Assembly: GCF_006345805.1 (NCBI RefSeq) | Contig: NC_042999.1 | Span: 150,846,001-150,910,000, forward strand | Length of the DNA: 64,000 nt | Reading direction: 5' to 3' | Source: Octopus sinensis | Taxonomy: Eukaryota | Translations under genes and position numbers: made by a program | The notes under the pieces: generated by a model | The model's input: only the letters and a program-made list of their open reading frames with translations | What the model was told of the DNA's origin: nothing | Database searches by the model: none | Shown here: positions 1 to 11,659 of the stretch, piece by piece | Layout: each line of letters begins with the position of its first letter | Position numbering within the stretch: position 1 is the stretch's first letter

Positions 1-1
1 T

Positions 2-1720
2 TCTAATCTGCTTACCAAAGGGGATTACAAACCATATATGCTTATTCCTATCAGTGTGATGGGTCGGGACGCTAGCTCTCGCACTCTGGTGGGTGATTCT
101 CGGATAAATAACGGGTCTTGGGTTAGTGTAAGACCTCCCGGACCGATAATTATCCTTGTTCGCTAAATTAAATGCGGGAGCGACTACCCCGGCATCCGCC
201 GCGCTCCCGTCCTTACTTAAAATGTTAATGTTATTATATACGGCCCTATCCTGATGACCGAATGATGGCATCGGAAGGGCCGGATCAATATAAATTACCT
301 TCTGCCTATAACCGGCCTTGGACAGTGCGGCGTTATAAAATTCCGCTTTCTGCATAAAAATATCGGCACTGGCGGACAAGCCAGACAATCTTAGAGAGAT
401 GTTTTTAACCAAATTGTCTGTTACGGTTTTGGCATGATTTGAGAAGACACTGACATACTTCAAATTAGTGGAAGGCTTATGGTAAGGGCAGTATGAGTCG
501 CTATTAAGGTTAAGTGTAACGTCTAGGAAATTAGCCTTGGTGAGTTCATTATCAAAAACTATACTCATGCCCATTCTATTAAAAAACCTAGCTAACCTGC
601 TCTTAGTTTTCTGCACTATTCTGTTCGTGGTGTTTTGCAGGTAAAACAGACAATCGTCACGATACAGGCCGCCCGCGATCTCCGGGAATTGGTCGGACAA
701 TTCGTAGAGAATATATATACCGACTAAATCGGCTATCTGCGCACTATCCGAACTACCCATAGGCACATCAAATTCATTGGGAGTATTTTTACGGATCCAC
801 AACTTATTATCAAACTTAATAAACGATTTCCTGGCAACTAAAATGATATCTATCTCTTCTCTGGTGAGGCCAGCCTTGTTGTGAGCATGCCAGAGGGCCT
901 TATTTAGCACACTAGGGTTAATCGAGGGGTAGAAGCTGGCGATATCAAACTGAATGAACCTAGTACGGTTCTTATTGGGGATGGAAGAGAACCACTTCAC
1001 TACCTGGGAGGAGTTGGCCCAGAGGCTGAGCTTCAGCTTGTTTACTAAACTAGGGATATATTTATCTAAAATGTACTTACTGATTATCCCGATATCAGAT
1101 CTAGCAGGGCATATGAGTCTTAGCGCTGGGTTGGTGTGGAAGTTAGGCTTATGGTCCTTCACTATAAATCTGGGTTGCTTGGGGCTAAGCGGCTGAGTTC
1201 TCATTTGAATTCGGTGTTTAAATATTATTTCCTTAATTTCCAAGTTTACCTTCCTCAGGGTACTCCAATTGGTTTTTCTATAATTTTTCTTGATCTCTTT
1301 ACCGAGTAAATCTAGGTACTCCTTAATGGGCATCTTGTATGTGTTCCTGGTCTTGTCGGACTGGACCAGGACTCCGTCCGATCTATTAATGTCCTTGGTA
1401 ATTTTATCTAGGTATCTGAGGTGGGCATTTCTCCTGGGTGACTTCCTGAACTTAATCTTTCTAACTATGTCCCACAAGTCGTCCTCAAACTTCTTCAGTC
1501 TTGGGTTCGGTGGCGGCGTATCCAATGTTTTAAAAAGCCGGCCGTATTCGGACGATGCCGTTGTCCGGTTCGATTTTAGATCTTCGTTCTCGTGGAAGAA
1601 AATGAGCCATCTTATCCGGTTTATGAATGCGTTGGTTTTACAAACCAACTCCTTAAGGAAGGCATCCTTTGGTGGTATAGGAATATCCTTAAGGGACGCA
1701 TCAATCTCGAACAACTCCAT
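2..1720 (-). CDS. Penelope-like retroelement polyprotein (reverse transcriptase part), uninterrupted for 573 codons and open at the window edge; GIY-YIG endonuclease expected further downstream, outside the window
   Basis: Manual translation from ATG at 1720: MELFEIDASLKDIPIPP...RIRWLIFF...QSDKTRNTYK...KDHKPNF...LRLICPARSDIGIISKYILD...FIQFDIASFYPSI (catalytic D at 944-946)...FDVPMGSSDSAQIADLVGIYIL...GLYRDDCL (YRDD 653-664)...FLDVTLNL...YHKP...SNH...YNAALSKAGY...HIWFVIPF. No stop to position 2. The DKT, KxHK, FDxxxxYPSI, MGS, YRDD and FLDV motifs are those of PLE RTs. Confidence 0.93.
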   Translation of the reverse strand, partial: MELFEIDASLKDIPIPPKDAFLKELVCKTNAFINRIRWLIFFHENEDLKSNRTTASSEYGRLFKTLDTPPPNPRLKKFEDDLWDIVRKIKFRKSPRRNAHLRYLDKITKDINRSDGVLVQSDKTRNTYKMPIKEYLDLLGKEIKKNYRKTNWSTLRKVNLEIKEIIFKHRIQMRTQPLSPKQPRFIVKDHKPNFHTNPALRLICPARSDIGIISKYILDKYIPSLVNKLKLSLWANSSQVVKWFSSIPNKNRTRFIQFDIASFYPSINPSVLNKALWHAHNKAGLTREEIDIILVARKSFIKFDNKLWIRKNTPNEFDVPMGSSDSAQIADLVGIYILYELSDQFPEIAGGLYRDDCLFYLQNTTNRIVQKTKSRLARFFNRMGMSIVFDNELTKANFLDVTLNLNSDSYCPYHKPSTNLKYVSVFSNHAKTVTDNLVKNISLRLSGLSASADIFMQKAEFYNAALSKAGYRQKVIYIDPALPMPSFGHQDRAVYNNINILSKDGSAADAGVVAPAFNLANKDNYRSGRSYTNPRPVIYPRITHQSARASVPTHHTDRNKHIWFVIPFGKQIR

Positions 1721-1917
1721 TATTGGTATCGGTTAAAGTAGCAGTTTCTTGACGAAGCGGTATGTATTATGTGAAATAGAAAGATGAATAATCTTGTTGT
1801 AGATTAATCAAAAGTTAACCGATACCTTAGTAGCAAAAATCACAGCAGTAAACAGCACGGTTGGAGGTACAACCATCTGGCGTTGCAACCGTGCGTTGGT
1901 GCGGATAATTGAAATTA

Positions 1918-2078
1918 AAACATTATTGGTGAATTGAAGAAATGGAGCTGAACGCAGATTGAACAGAAATCGTTTTATTTTGGTAATTTGTGCCTTTCGA
2001 AACACGTGTAGAATGAAATAAAACGATTTCTGTTCAATCTGCGTTCAGCTCCATTTCTTCAATTCACCAATAATGTTT
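1918..2078. repeat. Perfect 63-bp inverted repeat with 35-nt spacer (PLE inverted pseudo-LTR junction)
   Basis: AAACATTATTGGTG...CGTTTTATTT (1918-1980) is the exact reverse complement of AAATAAAACG...CCAATAATGTTT (2016-2078). Confidence 0.95.
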
Positions 2079-2384
2079 ATATATATATATATATATGAGT
2101 AAATGTAATGACAAACAAGTCAATTTACACAGAATTTACACACAAGTGTTAGCTCACCCTGTTTATAATCTTATTATAATTCATTCTTTTAACTTCAGAT
2201 ATATAAGTAAACAACAAGGGGTCAGTCTGCAGTCTAGTGTTTGATAGTGAAACATGTAAGCAGGAACTAGAGGTTGCTTAGCCCTCTATCTTTAGCCACA
2301 GGTCAAAGTGACCTCTGCTTCCATTGCTCAATAGCAACAGTAAGAAACCATCAGAACTATCAGCAGTTGCTATGACTTGGTAAC

Positions 2385-2680
2385 TTATGTTGCACACTTG
2401 CATTCATGCATGCACATGCATAAATGTGTACATAGACACATACACATACACACAAATGCACCCTTATACACATGCATACACCCACACACAAGCATGCACC
2501 CACCCACACGTGCATGCAGCCACACACCTACACATGCATGCACCAACACACATGCATGCACCAACATGCACCTACTCACATGCATGCACCAACACACACA
2601 CACACCTACACCCACCCACGTATGCATGGACCTACACATGCATGATCCCACACATATGCATACACCCACAAGCATAGTAG
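2385..2680. repeat. Degenerate CA/CATG-rich low-complexity tract
   Basis: cacatgcatg/cacacac variants. The overlapping H/T/M/C-rich ORFs are compositional artefacts. Confidence 0.85.
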
Positions 2681-3655
2681 ACCTTTATCAAATCCGCTTT
2701 ATCAAAACATACATATGTCTCACAGTTTAAAGAGGCATTTTAGCATCTATACACAAACACTGCCAAGAATACTTACATATATATATATATATACTTTTAT
2801 ATATATATATATATATTGTAATAAGTGCAGATCAGAAGTGGATGTGTGTGTAAGACGTTTGTTTCCTAACCACATGGTTTTGTGTTCTATCCCACTGCAT
2901 GGCACCTCAAACAAGTGTCTTCTATGGCTTCAAGCTGATCAAAGTTTTGCTAGTGAATTTGATAGAGGAAATTATTTGAAATCGTATTCTAAGTGTGTGT
3001 GTGTGTCTTTGCATCTGTGTTTGTCCCTTCGTGTAATTGCAAATGTTTGGAATTCTCTTCCCATTCACATTTTTTCTGTGAACTTGGCAAACATCAGATT
3101 CACTGGTGTGGGTGAGCCTTCAGAGAGCTTTGGCCATTTCCTTTGCTCTGCTGATGTCTATGTCTTTTTTTTGTGACCCACTGTTTCTGTCGGTGAAGGT
3201 TCTGCTTGTTTGCTAATGATATAATGCAAGACAAAACAAAACAAAAAAAGAAGTCTTTAAAAATAACGGAAAATAACATAATGAGGTTATTAATTAATAC
3301 CGTAAATAATTACTTGTAAATAAATAATGATCTTTCTACATAATTATTGAAATGTAATACCATTTTATATTGCTGAACATATAAACAAGCCTCTGTGTGG
3401 TCGCTCGACCTGCTAAAAATATCAGCCAAATCTCATCTTCAAAGTACATCTTAGTGTCTTGATAAAGGATATATCAGGTAATGTGGCCCTGTGTTTCCTG
3501 CACATTGCGAAAGAGATGGGATGGCCACTGTTGGAATGCTATTCATCATAATCATCTGATCGATCTCGGTCAACCTGGGGCTAAACAGCAACCAGAACCA
3601 CTTGCTGTGTTTTGTTTTGAAGGATCGTTGGAATGTATTGATTACTTCTTTGTAC

Positions 3656-3912
3656 ACCACCACCAACAACACCACCACCATCTCTATCATTTCACCACCA
3701 AAAAACAACAATACCACCACCACCACCTCTATCATTTCACCACCACCAACAACACCACCACCATCTCTATCATTTCACCACCAAAAAACAACAATACCAC
3801 CACCACCACCTCTATCATTTCACCACCACCAACACCACCACCACCATCTCTATCATTTCACCACCAAAAAACAACAATACCACCACCACCACCTCTATCA
3901 TTTCACCACCAA
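3656..3912. repeat. Higher-order minisatellite, 3 x 83 bp, each unit made of two subunits sharing CTCTATCATTTCACCACCA
   Basis: TCTCTATCATTTCACCACCAAAAAACAACAATACC recurs at 3681, 3764 and 3847, with an alternate subunit between copies. Confidence 0.9.
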
Positions 3913-4865
3913 CAACATCACTAACACCACCCACACTATCAACACCAATAACTCCATTACTATCATCACCACTGCCACCACCACTTTTTGCTATATATTA
4001 ATTAGTGCTAGTGTTATCCAGCTGTAATGTCCTGTTTTAATTAGATTTTAATCAAGATTTTCTTTTAAAATTAGAAACTGTAGTACAGGCAGGCCATCAC
4101 AAGCAGATCAAGTTGTAAGAAACTCTAATGAAGAGTTGAACACAGCAGAAGACCTTCAGAGAAGCCTTCTTCACTCTTGCTCCATCATGCAAGCGTTTTG
4201 GCCCATAACTTCTTCACTGTAAGAGGGTCAGGAAGATATCCAGGTCATAACTCATGGATACCACTCTACTGCCATATTCTCTGCTTTTGTCTGTATGAGA
4301 CCCACCTACGAAGGTGCCACATAAAAAGCACTGGTGCTGGTTCCACATAAAAGGCATTGGGACTGGTGCCACATAAAAAGCATTGATGCTGGTTCCACAT
4401 AAAAAGCACCCAGTCCACTCTGAAATGGTTGGTGTTAGGAAGGTCACCCAGCTGCAGAAACCAAGTTAAAACATCTATGGAACCTGGTGTGGCCCCTGGC
4501 CTTGCCAACTCCTGTGAAACTGTCCAACCCTTGCCAGCATGGGAAACAGATGTTAAATGATTATGATAATGACTTACACCGTGTTTATTATACAGATGTT
4601 GATATCCTTAGTGCTTCAGCATTCAGATTTCTCTGTCGACCTTAATGCTTATTTATTGCTTTGAATTAATCATGCATCATGTTCTAGCTTTCAGATGTTG
4701 ATTAGATTAACGAAGGCTGGATGTGACTGGTTTCATCATAGAACAAGTAGAATATTTGCGCCTGATAATGGCAGGTTTAAATGCTAAAGCAGTGATTCTC
4801 AACCATTTTTTAACTTGACCCCCATAGCCATTTAATGTTTAAAAATAAGTTTTATAGATACTTCA

Positions 4866-5227
4866 TAGGAGTGGCTGTGTAGTAAGTAGCTTGCTTACCA
4901 ACCACATGGTTCCGGGTACCTTGGGTAAGTGTCTTCTACTATAGCATCCGGCTAACGAAAGCCTTTGAGTGGATTTGGTAGACGGAAACTGAAAGAAGTC
5001 CATTGTATATATATATACACGTTTGTGTGTCTGTATTGGTTCCCACCACCATCACTTGATAACTAATGTTGGCTTGTTTACATCCCCGTAACTTAGCGAT
5101 TCAGCAAAAGAGACTGATAGAATAAGTACTAGGCTTACAAAAAATAAGTCTTGGGGTCGATTTGCTCGACTACAGGTGGTGCTCTAGCATGGCCACAGTC
5201 AAATTACTGAAACAAATAAAAGAGTAA
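4866..5227 (+). mobile_element. tRNA-derived SINE, family A
   Basis: Head GGAGTGGCTGTGTAGTAAG with A-box-like motif, body GGGTAAGTGTCTTCTACTATAGC...GGAAACTGAAAGAAG, internal (TA)n, tail ...ACTGAAACAAATAAAAGAG. Matches the other copies in the window. Confidence 0.85.
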
Positions 5228-5394
5228 AATTCCTATTTTGTTTCTCACCCATTTATTTGTATAAGTTGTAGTAATACTCTCTGAGAGAACATGTTTCAGT
5301 GGCTGGAAACATGTTGAACTTTGTAAAATGTTAGAGAAAGAAACCCAGCTGTTTCTTGGAATAAATAAATCTAGACCCTTAAAACACTACCATC

Positions 5395-5850
5395 ACCATC
5401 ATCATCATTTAATGTTCGTTTTCCTTGCCGGCATGGGTTGGACGGTTTGACAGGGGACTGGTAAGCCAGCAGGCTGTGCCAGGCTCTGATCTGATCTGTC
5501 AAGGTTTCTACAGCTGGATGCCCTTCCTAATGCCAACCACTCCGAGAGTGTAGTGGGTGCTTTTTATGTGCTGCTGGCACAGGAGCCAGTCAGGTGGTAA
5601 TGGCATGGACCATGTTTGGATGGTGCTTTTTACATGCCACCAGCACAGGAGCCATCCATCCATCATCATCATTTAATGTCCGCCTTCCATGCTAGCATGG
5701 GTGGGACAGTTTAACAAGAGTCAGCCAGGCAGAAGCTTGCACCAGACTTCTGTGACTGTTTTAGCAGGATTTTTACAGCTGGATGCTCTTTCTAACACCA
5801 ATCACTCAGCAGAATAGACTTGGTGCTTTTTACGTGGTACAAACACAGGC
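5395..5850 (-). mobile_element. Two adjacent SINE family B copies with (GAT)n tails
   Basis: Reverse complement of TGGTTGGCATTAGGAAGGGCATCCAGCTGTAGAAAC...CCAACCCATGC..GGACRTTAAATGATGATG. Confidence 0.8.
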
Positions 5851-7704
5851 AAGGTCAGTTTTGGTAAGAGACCTCAGTTTACTATTTTGCTTGTGTGGAT
5901 CCCCAAGTGTCATAAGAACCCCAGTTGAGAACCCCTGTGGTGGAGGGTTAATCCAGGAAATCTCTGATGTGAAAGTAGTTAATGGAATGTTTGTAACAAC
6001 CTGTTTGTCAGGAACTCTTGATAAAGAGTACTTTATCTTGATTTTGTGGAATGATGTGGCAGGTTGTGTAGGTTAGTTGCATCTGGAGTCAACCAGTCAT
6101 AGGTCATTGCTCTTGTTTGCTGTCTGGTCTGCAGTGCTTATCTGCACGTGTGTGTATGTGCATGTGTGTATATCATCATCATTGTCATCGTCATCTTCGT
6201 CATCATCGTTGTCATCTTCGTCATCATCGTTGTCATCTTCATCATCATCGTTGTCGTTGTTACCATCATCGTTGTCGTTGTCATCATCATTGTCAACTTC
6301 ATTGTCATTTAACATCCATTTTTCATACTGGCATAAGTTGGATTGTTTGACAGGAATTGACAAGCTGGAGAGCTGCACCAGGCCCCAATTGTCTGTTTTG
6401 GCACAGTTTCGAAGGTAGAATGCTCTTCCTAACACCAACCATTTTACAGAATGTATTCAGTGCTTTATACATGGAACCACCACAGGTGCTTTATAAGTGG
6501 AACTGGCACAATTGCTTTTATGTGCCATCTTTTATCTTTTGCTTGTTTCAACCATTGGATAGTGGATATACTGGAGCACCAACTTGAGGAGCTTAGTGAA
6601 AAAAATTGACCCAAGTCCTAATTCATTTTAAGCCTGACACACACATACACACACACACATTTATATAGAGCATAGTAGGTGTGACCACCTCTAGAAGTAA
6701 GAAATCTCATGCTATGTGAAGGGTATATAATTTTATTGAGTGAACTGAAGGTAGAATTCCTCACAATGGTTGGCCAGTTTCTGTAGTTGCAGTGTATTGG
6801 CTCTATTGTATGTTAAAATGGTAAACAAGATCACAAACCCACATCTGATCTTGTATACAACCTGCATTGTCTCACTGACTGTGTGCTTCTAGGAAAGAAG
6901 GAAATTACCCTATGATAGGCCAAGCTTACTATCCAGTGTAATATTTGTCTCTCATCAATGCTATTAGCAGTAGTTCCATGTACATTATAGTCTTGTTTTG
7001 TAAACAGTGAAATTTTAGTTACTTCACAGGTTTGCGTCTCCAGCTTATCATATTTTTCTTTTGAACATTCCTGACTGATAAGCCATGCTCTAATCAAAAT
7101 GAATATTCCAGACATTATCAGTGTTATGCCATGTCGAAGATGGCTGAAAGGCTGCTGGTATTGAGGTTGTCGGTGTTGACTCTATGATCCATTGCAAGAA
7201 TTTGATAATTTTGTTGGATATCTGAGTAGGGGTTATTTTAATCTGTTTGTCTCTGTGTTTGTACCTATTTACCTAGTTACTTAGTTCTCATTCATAGATC
7301 AGAATGGAACTCCTGGAATTGTTTTCTCTTATAGATTGGCACCCTACGGTTCAGGGAAATTTATCTGTCAGTTGTTTCCTTGGAGAATTGGCAAAGTTAT
7401 TAAGAGTGTTGGGAAGAGTGCCTTGTTTTATTCATTTTGATTCTCTGTGCACTGAGTTCAATTCTCACTAAGGTCAACTTTGCTTTTAATCTTTTCAGAG
7501 CTGATGAACCATTTAGCATTCAGATTACTCAGTCAAGTGTTATCAAATCTGTAGTCAGTTATCTATAACGTTTCATGGCTTGGGAATGACTTGATGATCT
7601 TTCTCCATACTGGTTGGTTTTTTGCTTGGGTTTGTCATTTATTACGATCAATTTCTTTCCACTTCATGTTCCTTTTTGCAGTATCTTTGAATCTCAGTCT
7701 AGGT

Positions 7705-8223
7705 GACACATAGGCAACCTGCAGACTGTGGGCTGCATGCAGCCATAGACAAGTTTCTAGGCTACTAATATTTACAAGCGAAAGTTTTTTCTCAGATTTT
7801 CCAATTATTAACCTTATCGTCTCTCAGCATAACCTAAGAGTAGCGACATCTCAAATTCTACCTAATATTGAAAATATGGTAAAGAATGTGAATGTGCAAA
7901 AATCTCATTGATACAGTTAATGAAATTTGTTCTTTAATAAAATATCAATGAATTTTTTTTTTTTTTTTTTTTGTACCTCAATATTTTAAACTATAATTTA
8001 TTTACACTAGTAATCATCATTATCATCATTAGGAAATAATGAAAGAGATGTCAGCTTAATGTAAACTTTCATACTAAGACAAATGAAATTAAGAAGAACT
8101 GCAAAAAATTCAGTGTAAAGTGGGCAAGTAATATTTCATGCATATGTGTTTTATCATGGAGCCCTCTCCCACATGGAAGTGGTACGATACGGCCCCCAGT
8201 TGAGAAAAAGTTGCCCATCCCTG
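7705..8223. mobile_element. hAT-type MITE (decayed)
   Basis: Right end GTTGCCCATCCCTG; degenerate left end ..ATAGGCAACCTGCAG..; 8-bp flanks GTCTAGGT (7697-7704) and GTCTAGGC (8224-8231) match 7/8. Confidence 0.6.
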
Positions 8224-10377
8224 GTCTAGGCCTTCCCTGGTTTCTTGTCTCTTTGCATTGTCAGGAATAAGAGATTTGTCTGGGGAGTCTGCAACTGCCA
8301 GTCCTGTGTACGTGGCCCAACCAACATAAATTTCTGTTAATGAGGATTTCCATCATAGGAAGCAGACTAGCACACCATAAGATCTCTTCATTTCTTATCT
8401 TCTCAAACAGAGTGATATTCATGATTCATCATAGCTGTCTCATGATATATGCATGTAACTTGTCAACTAGAGCTTTATAGACTGTCCAGGTTTCAGCTCC
8501 AGTCAAATGTAATGCTTATTTATTCACATTGTTTTGAATTAATCATGCATGTATAAATCGATTATGTATAAAGTTCTACAAATTATATTTGGGTGTATTT
8601 TTCAGATGTCTTCACTTTGGCACACTGAGGCCAGAAATTATTTTGCAGTTAATAAATTTCAGCAGCCAATTTACCGGCTAGAGAATAGCTTTTATTTAAA
8701 ATTAAACAATAAGGGTAGAAATTGATATTAATCAATTAAAACCAGTGGCTTAGAATATTTTTAAAAATCCAAAGATTAAAAATTGTGTTACACACAAAAT
8801 TAAGAGGAGTGACCACTAAGTGGACACCTAATATGCTAAACATAGACATATATAGGCATATATACATAGACAAACAAATACCTAAGCACCCAGCACACTC
8901 TGTAAAGGGTTGGCATTAGGAAGGGCATTCAGCCATAGAAACCATGCCAAAGCAGACACTGGAGTATGATGCAGTCCATATGACTTGGATCCTGTTGAAC
9001 TGTCCAAATTATGCCGATGGACGTTAAATGATAGTGGTGGTGATGATGATGATGATAATGATGGGGACACCAAAATCTTTAAGTGCTTAGAGCCTCTATG
9101 ACCCTTAGCTGCTGTGAAATAAGAGCTATATTCTGGTCCTTAAATGATCTGAGGAAGTATTTTCAGTTGTGGGTTGCTTCTTTAATCTTGAAATGGATCA
9201 TTTGGTCATTCTCTATCTTTTTGCTTCTTTCTCTTTATTTTCTCTTTGTTGCTTTCTTTCTTCTCTATTCTTTTCCCTCCCTTTCAACTTTTCTCTCTCA
9301 CATCTAAGGCTTAAATGTTTAAATCAAAAGCTTATGTGTCTACTAAATCTTTCTCCCTGCCTCCCTGTTTCTCCTTGTTCCTTAGTAAGTCCACCTATCA
9401 ACCCCTTTAAATAGCAGTACTCCCTTTTGTTCTTCCAGATCCCATATATAACCCACTTCATAACCTCCCTCTTTCTCACTGACACATAGCACACACACAC
9501 ACAAACTCACACAATGATACCAAGGCACTCCAACATATACCCCGGCATACACACGCACACATATATATTAATCCATACACACACATTTGTATGCACACTC
9601 AGTAATACACACAAGCACCTTCACATGGTAAAAGATGCACACACGTGCACATATGTACATATAAACATGCATATTGTTACCAGACACACATATTTACATG
9701 CATTCACACATGCATATACATACAACTTGGCATGTACACACACACACACACACACACATAACACAACATGTACACACGCACACATACATATATAAAGAAC
9801 CTGGCACACACACACATACATGCATACTTAGCTCACACACACACACACTTAGCTCACACAACTAAACTCACACACACACTTAGCTCACACAACTAAACTC
9901 ACACACACACGCACACACATACACACACACACATGCACAATGGTTCTCCCTCCACACCTGCATCTATTTCTTGTTTCCATTTCTCTTCCTCTCCATTCCA
10001 AACTCCGTATTTTTTCTCCTGGGTGGTGACTGTTTTTCCCCCAAAATACTGACCTTTCCATAATATTTTGTACAAAACCAATTTCCTCATTCTTGTTACC
10101 AGTTTTCATCTTGGAAATATACAATTTCAGCACCACCCCATAAATTCTACTGTTTTGGAAGGTCATACCTAGCACTTCATTATTTTTACCCTCTTGTCAT
10201 CATCAATTACATTTCAACCTCAGTTACACAGATCAGATTATGACGACAGTGGTGGTGGCGATGGCAGCAGCAGTGGTGGTGATGAAGGTGATGGTGACGA
10301 AGGTGATGGTGGCAATGATGTAGGTGGTGGTGGTGTTGGTGATGACCATCATAATGTTGTTGCTATTCATAATCGCC

Positions 10378-10408
<31 letters not shown>

Positions 10409-11004
10409 ATACTACTAATACTACTACCACCACCACCACCACCACCACCACCACTACTGCTGCTGCTGCTGCTATATTAATAGTGGAGATGGATTGAATG
10501 TGTCCTCGTACATCTCTTTGGTCTTGCTTACACCAGATGTTTTGCCAAGTAGTGATGGTCATGGTATTAGTAGTAGTAGTAGTAGGTATTGCTGTGGTGG
10601 TGGTGGTGGTAGGAACAGCAGCCGAATCTCCTTCATCTCACAATCCTACACTATTTCTAGTGGGTTGACTAACTATACAAGGAGCCCATCCATTAATTCT
10701 CAACGTTGGTGCCTACCTATCTCTCCCTATATTTGCTTATGTAACCATAAAATTAGTTTCAACAATATATTTGATGTCAAATGGTTACACTCTGTCCCCT
10801 TGGAGGCTGTTGTACTTCAGCAAAAAAATGACCACATTTTTTTTTTTTTTTTGAAATTCTATAAAGGTTAGAGCCTTTAGTTATTGTTACCATGACGATA
10901 TTCCCCTGTACATTAATATATAATGTCGCTATCTCTTGTTTCATGATTTGTGCTTGTACTTTTGACTATATCAACATCATCATCATCATTTAATGTCCGT
11001 TATA

Positions 11005-11179
11005 GGCGCAGGAGTGGCTGTGTGGTAAGTAGCTTGCTTACCAACCACATGGTTCTGGGTTCAGTCCCACTGCATTGCACCATGGGCAAGTGTCTTCTAC
11101 TATAGCCTCGGGCCGACCAAAGGCTTGTGAGTAGATTTGGTAGACAGAATCTGAAAGAAGCCTGCCATATATATGTATA

Positions 11180-11218
<39 letters not shown>

Positions 11219-11437
11219 GTACATGTGTGTATATGTTTGTGTGTCTGTTTTTGTCCCTCCAACATTGCTTGACAACCGATGCTGGTGTGTTTATGTCCCT
11301 GTAACTTAACGGTTCGGCAAAAGAGACCGATAGAATAAGTACTAGGCTTACAGAGAATAAGTCCTGGGGTCGATTAGCTTGACTAAAGGTGGTGCTCCAG
11401 CATGGCCACAGTCAAATGACTGAAACAAGTAAAAGAG
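11005..11437 (+). mobile_element. Full-length SINE family A
   Basis: GGCGCAGGAGTGGCTGTGTGGTAAG (A box), GGTTCAGTCCC (B box), body, central (TA)n(TG)n, tail ending GACTGAAACAAGTAAAAGAG. Confidence 0.9.
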
Positions 11438-11659
11438 AATGTCACTGTCATACCAGCTGTGCCGTTTATTTCCTGTATACTGCACAAATATATCTGACAA
11501 TCAGGAAATGTTACTTTGCTTGGGAACAGGTAATGGTTGGCAACAGGCAGGGCATCTGGCCATTGAAGATCTACCTCACTAAATTCTGTCTGCCCCATGC
11601 AAGCATAGAAAAGTGTATATTAAAATGATGATGATGGTTGAAACAGTACACTCTCAAAG

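Larger units (their letters stand above)
1..2078 (-). mobile_element. Young Penelope-like element (5' part), bounded by an inverted repeat and a (TA)n tract
   Basis: Visibly GC/CpG-richer than the flanks, intact ORF, 63-bp inverted repeat at 1918-1980/2016-2078, then (TA)n at about 2078-2096. Confidence 0.88.

Noticed and set aside
2-1720. Possible selenoprotein-type (Naiad) PLE
   Set aside because: No in-frame TGA in the visible ORF and no N-terminal GIY-YIG before the RT.
954-1736. Plus-strand ORFs of 80 and 148 aa
   Set aside because: Antisense shadows of the PLE RT ORF; no recognisable motifs.
1808-2005. 65-aa minus-strand ORF upstream of the RT
   Set aside because: Non-ATG start inside the inverted-repeat spacer and no motif; most likely chance, though a uORF role is not excluded.
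4792-5938. Possible single hAT MITE spanning nested SINEs (CAGTGATTCTCAAC ... GTTGAGAACCCCTG)
   Set aside because: The ends are TIR-like but the flanking 8-mers do not match, so they may be two unrelated remnants.
6830-7680. Possible very old non-LTR retroelement remnant on the minus strand
   Set aside because: Only vague similarity to RT-region motifs; cannot be supported without an HMM search.
11005-11080. tRNA gene-like sequence (and similar heads of other SINEs)
   Set aside because: A/B boxes continue into SINE bodies, with no complete cloverleaf or T-run terminator; these are SINE heads.
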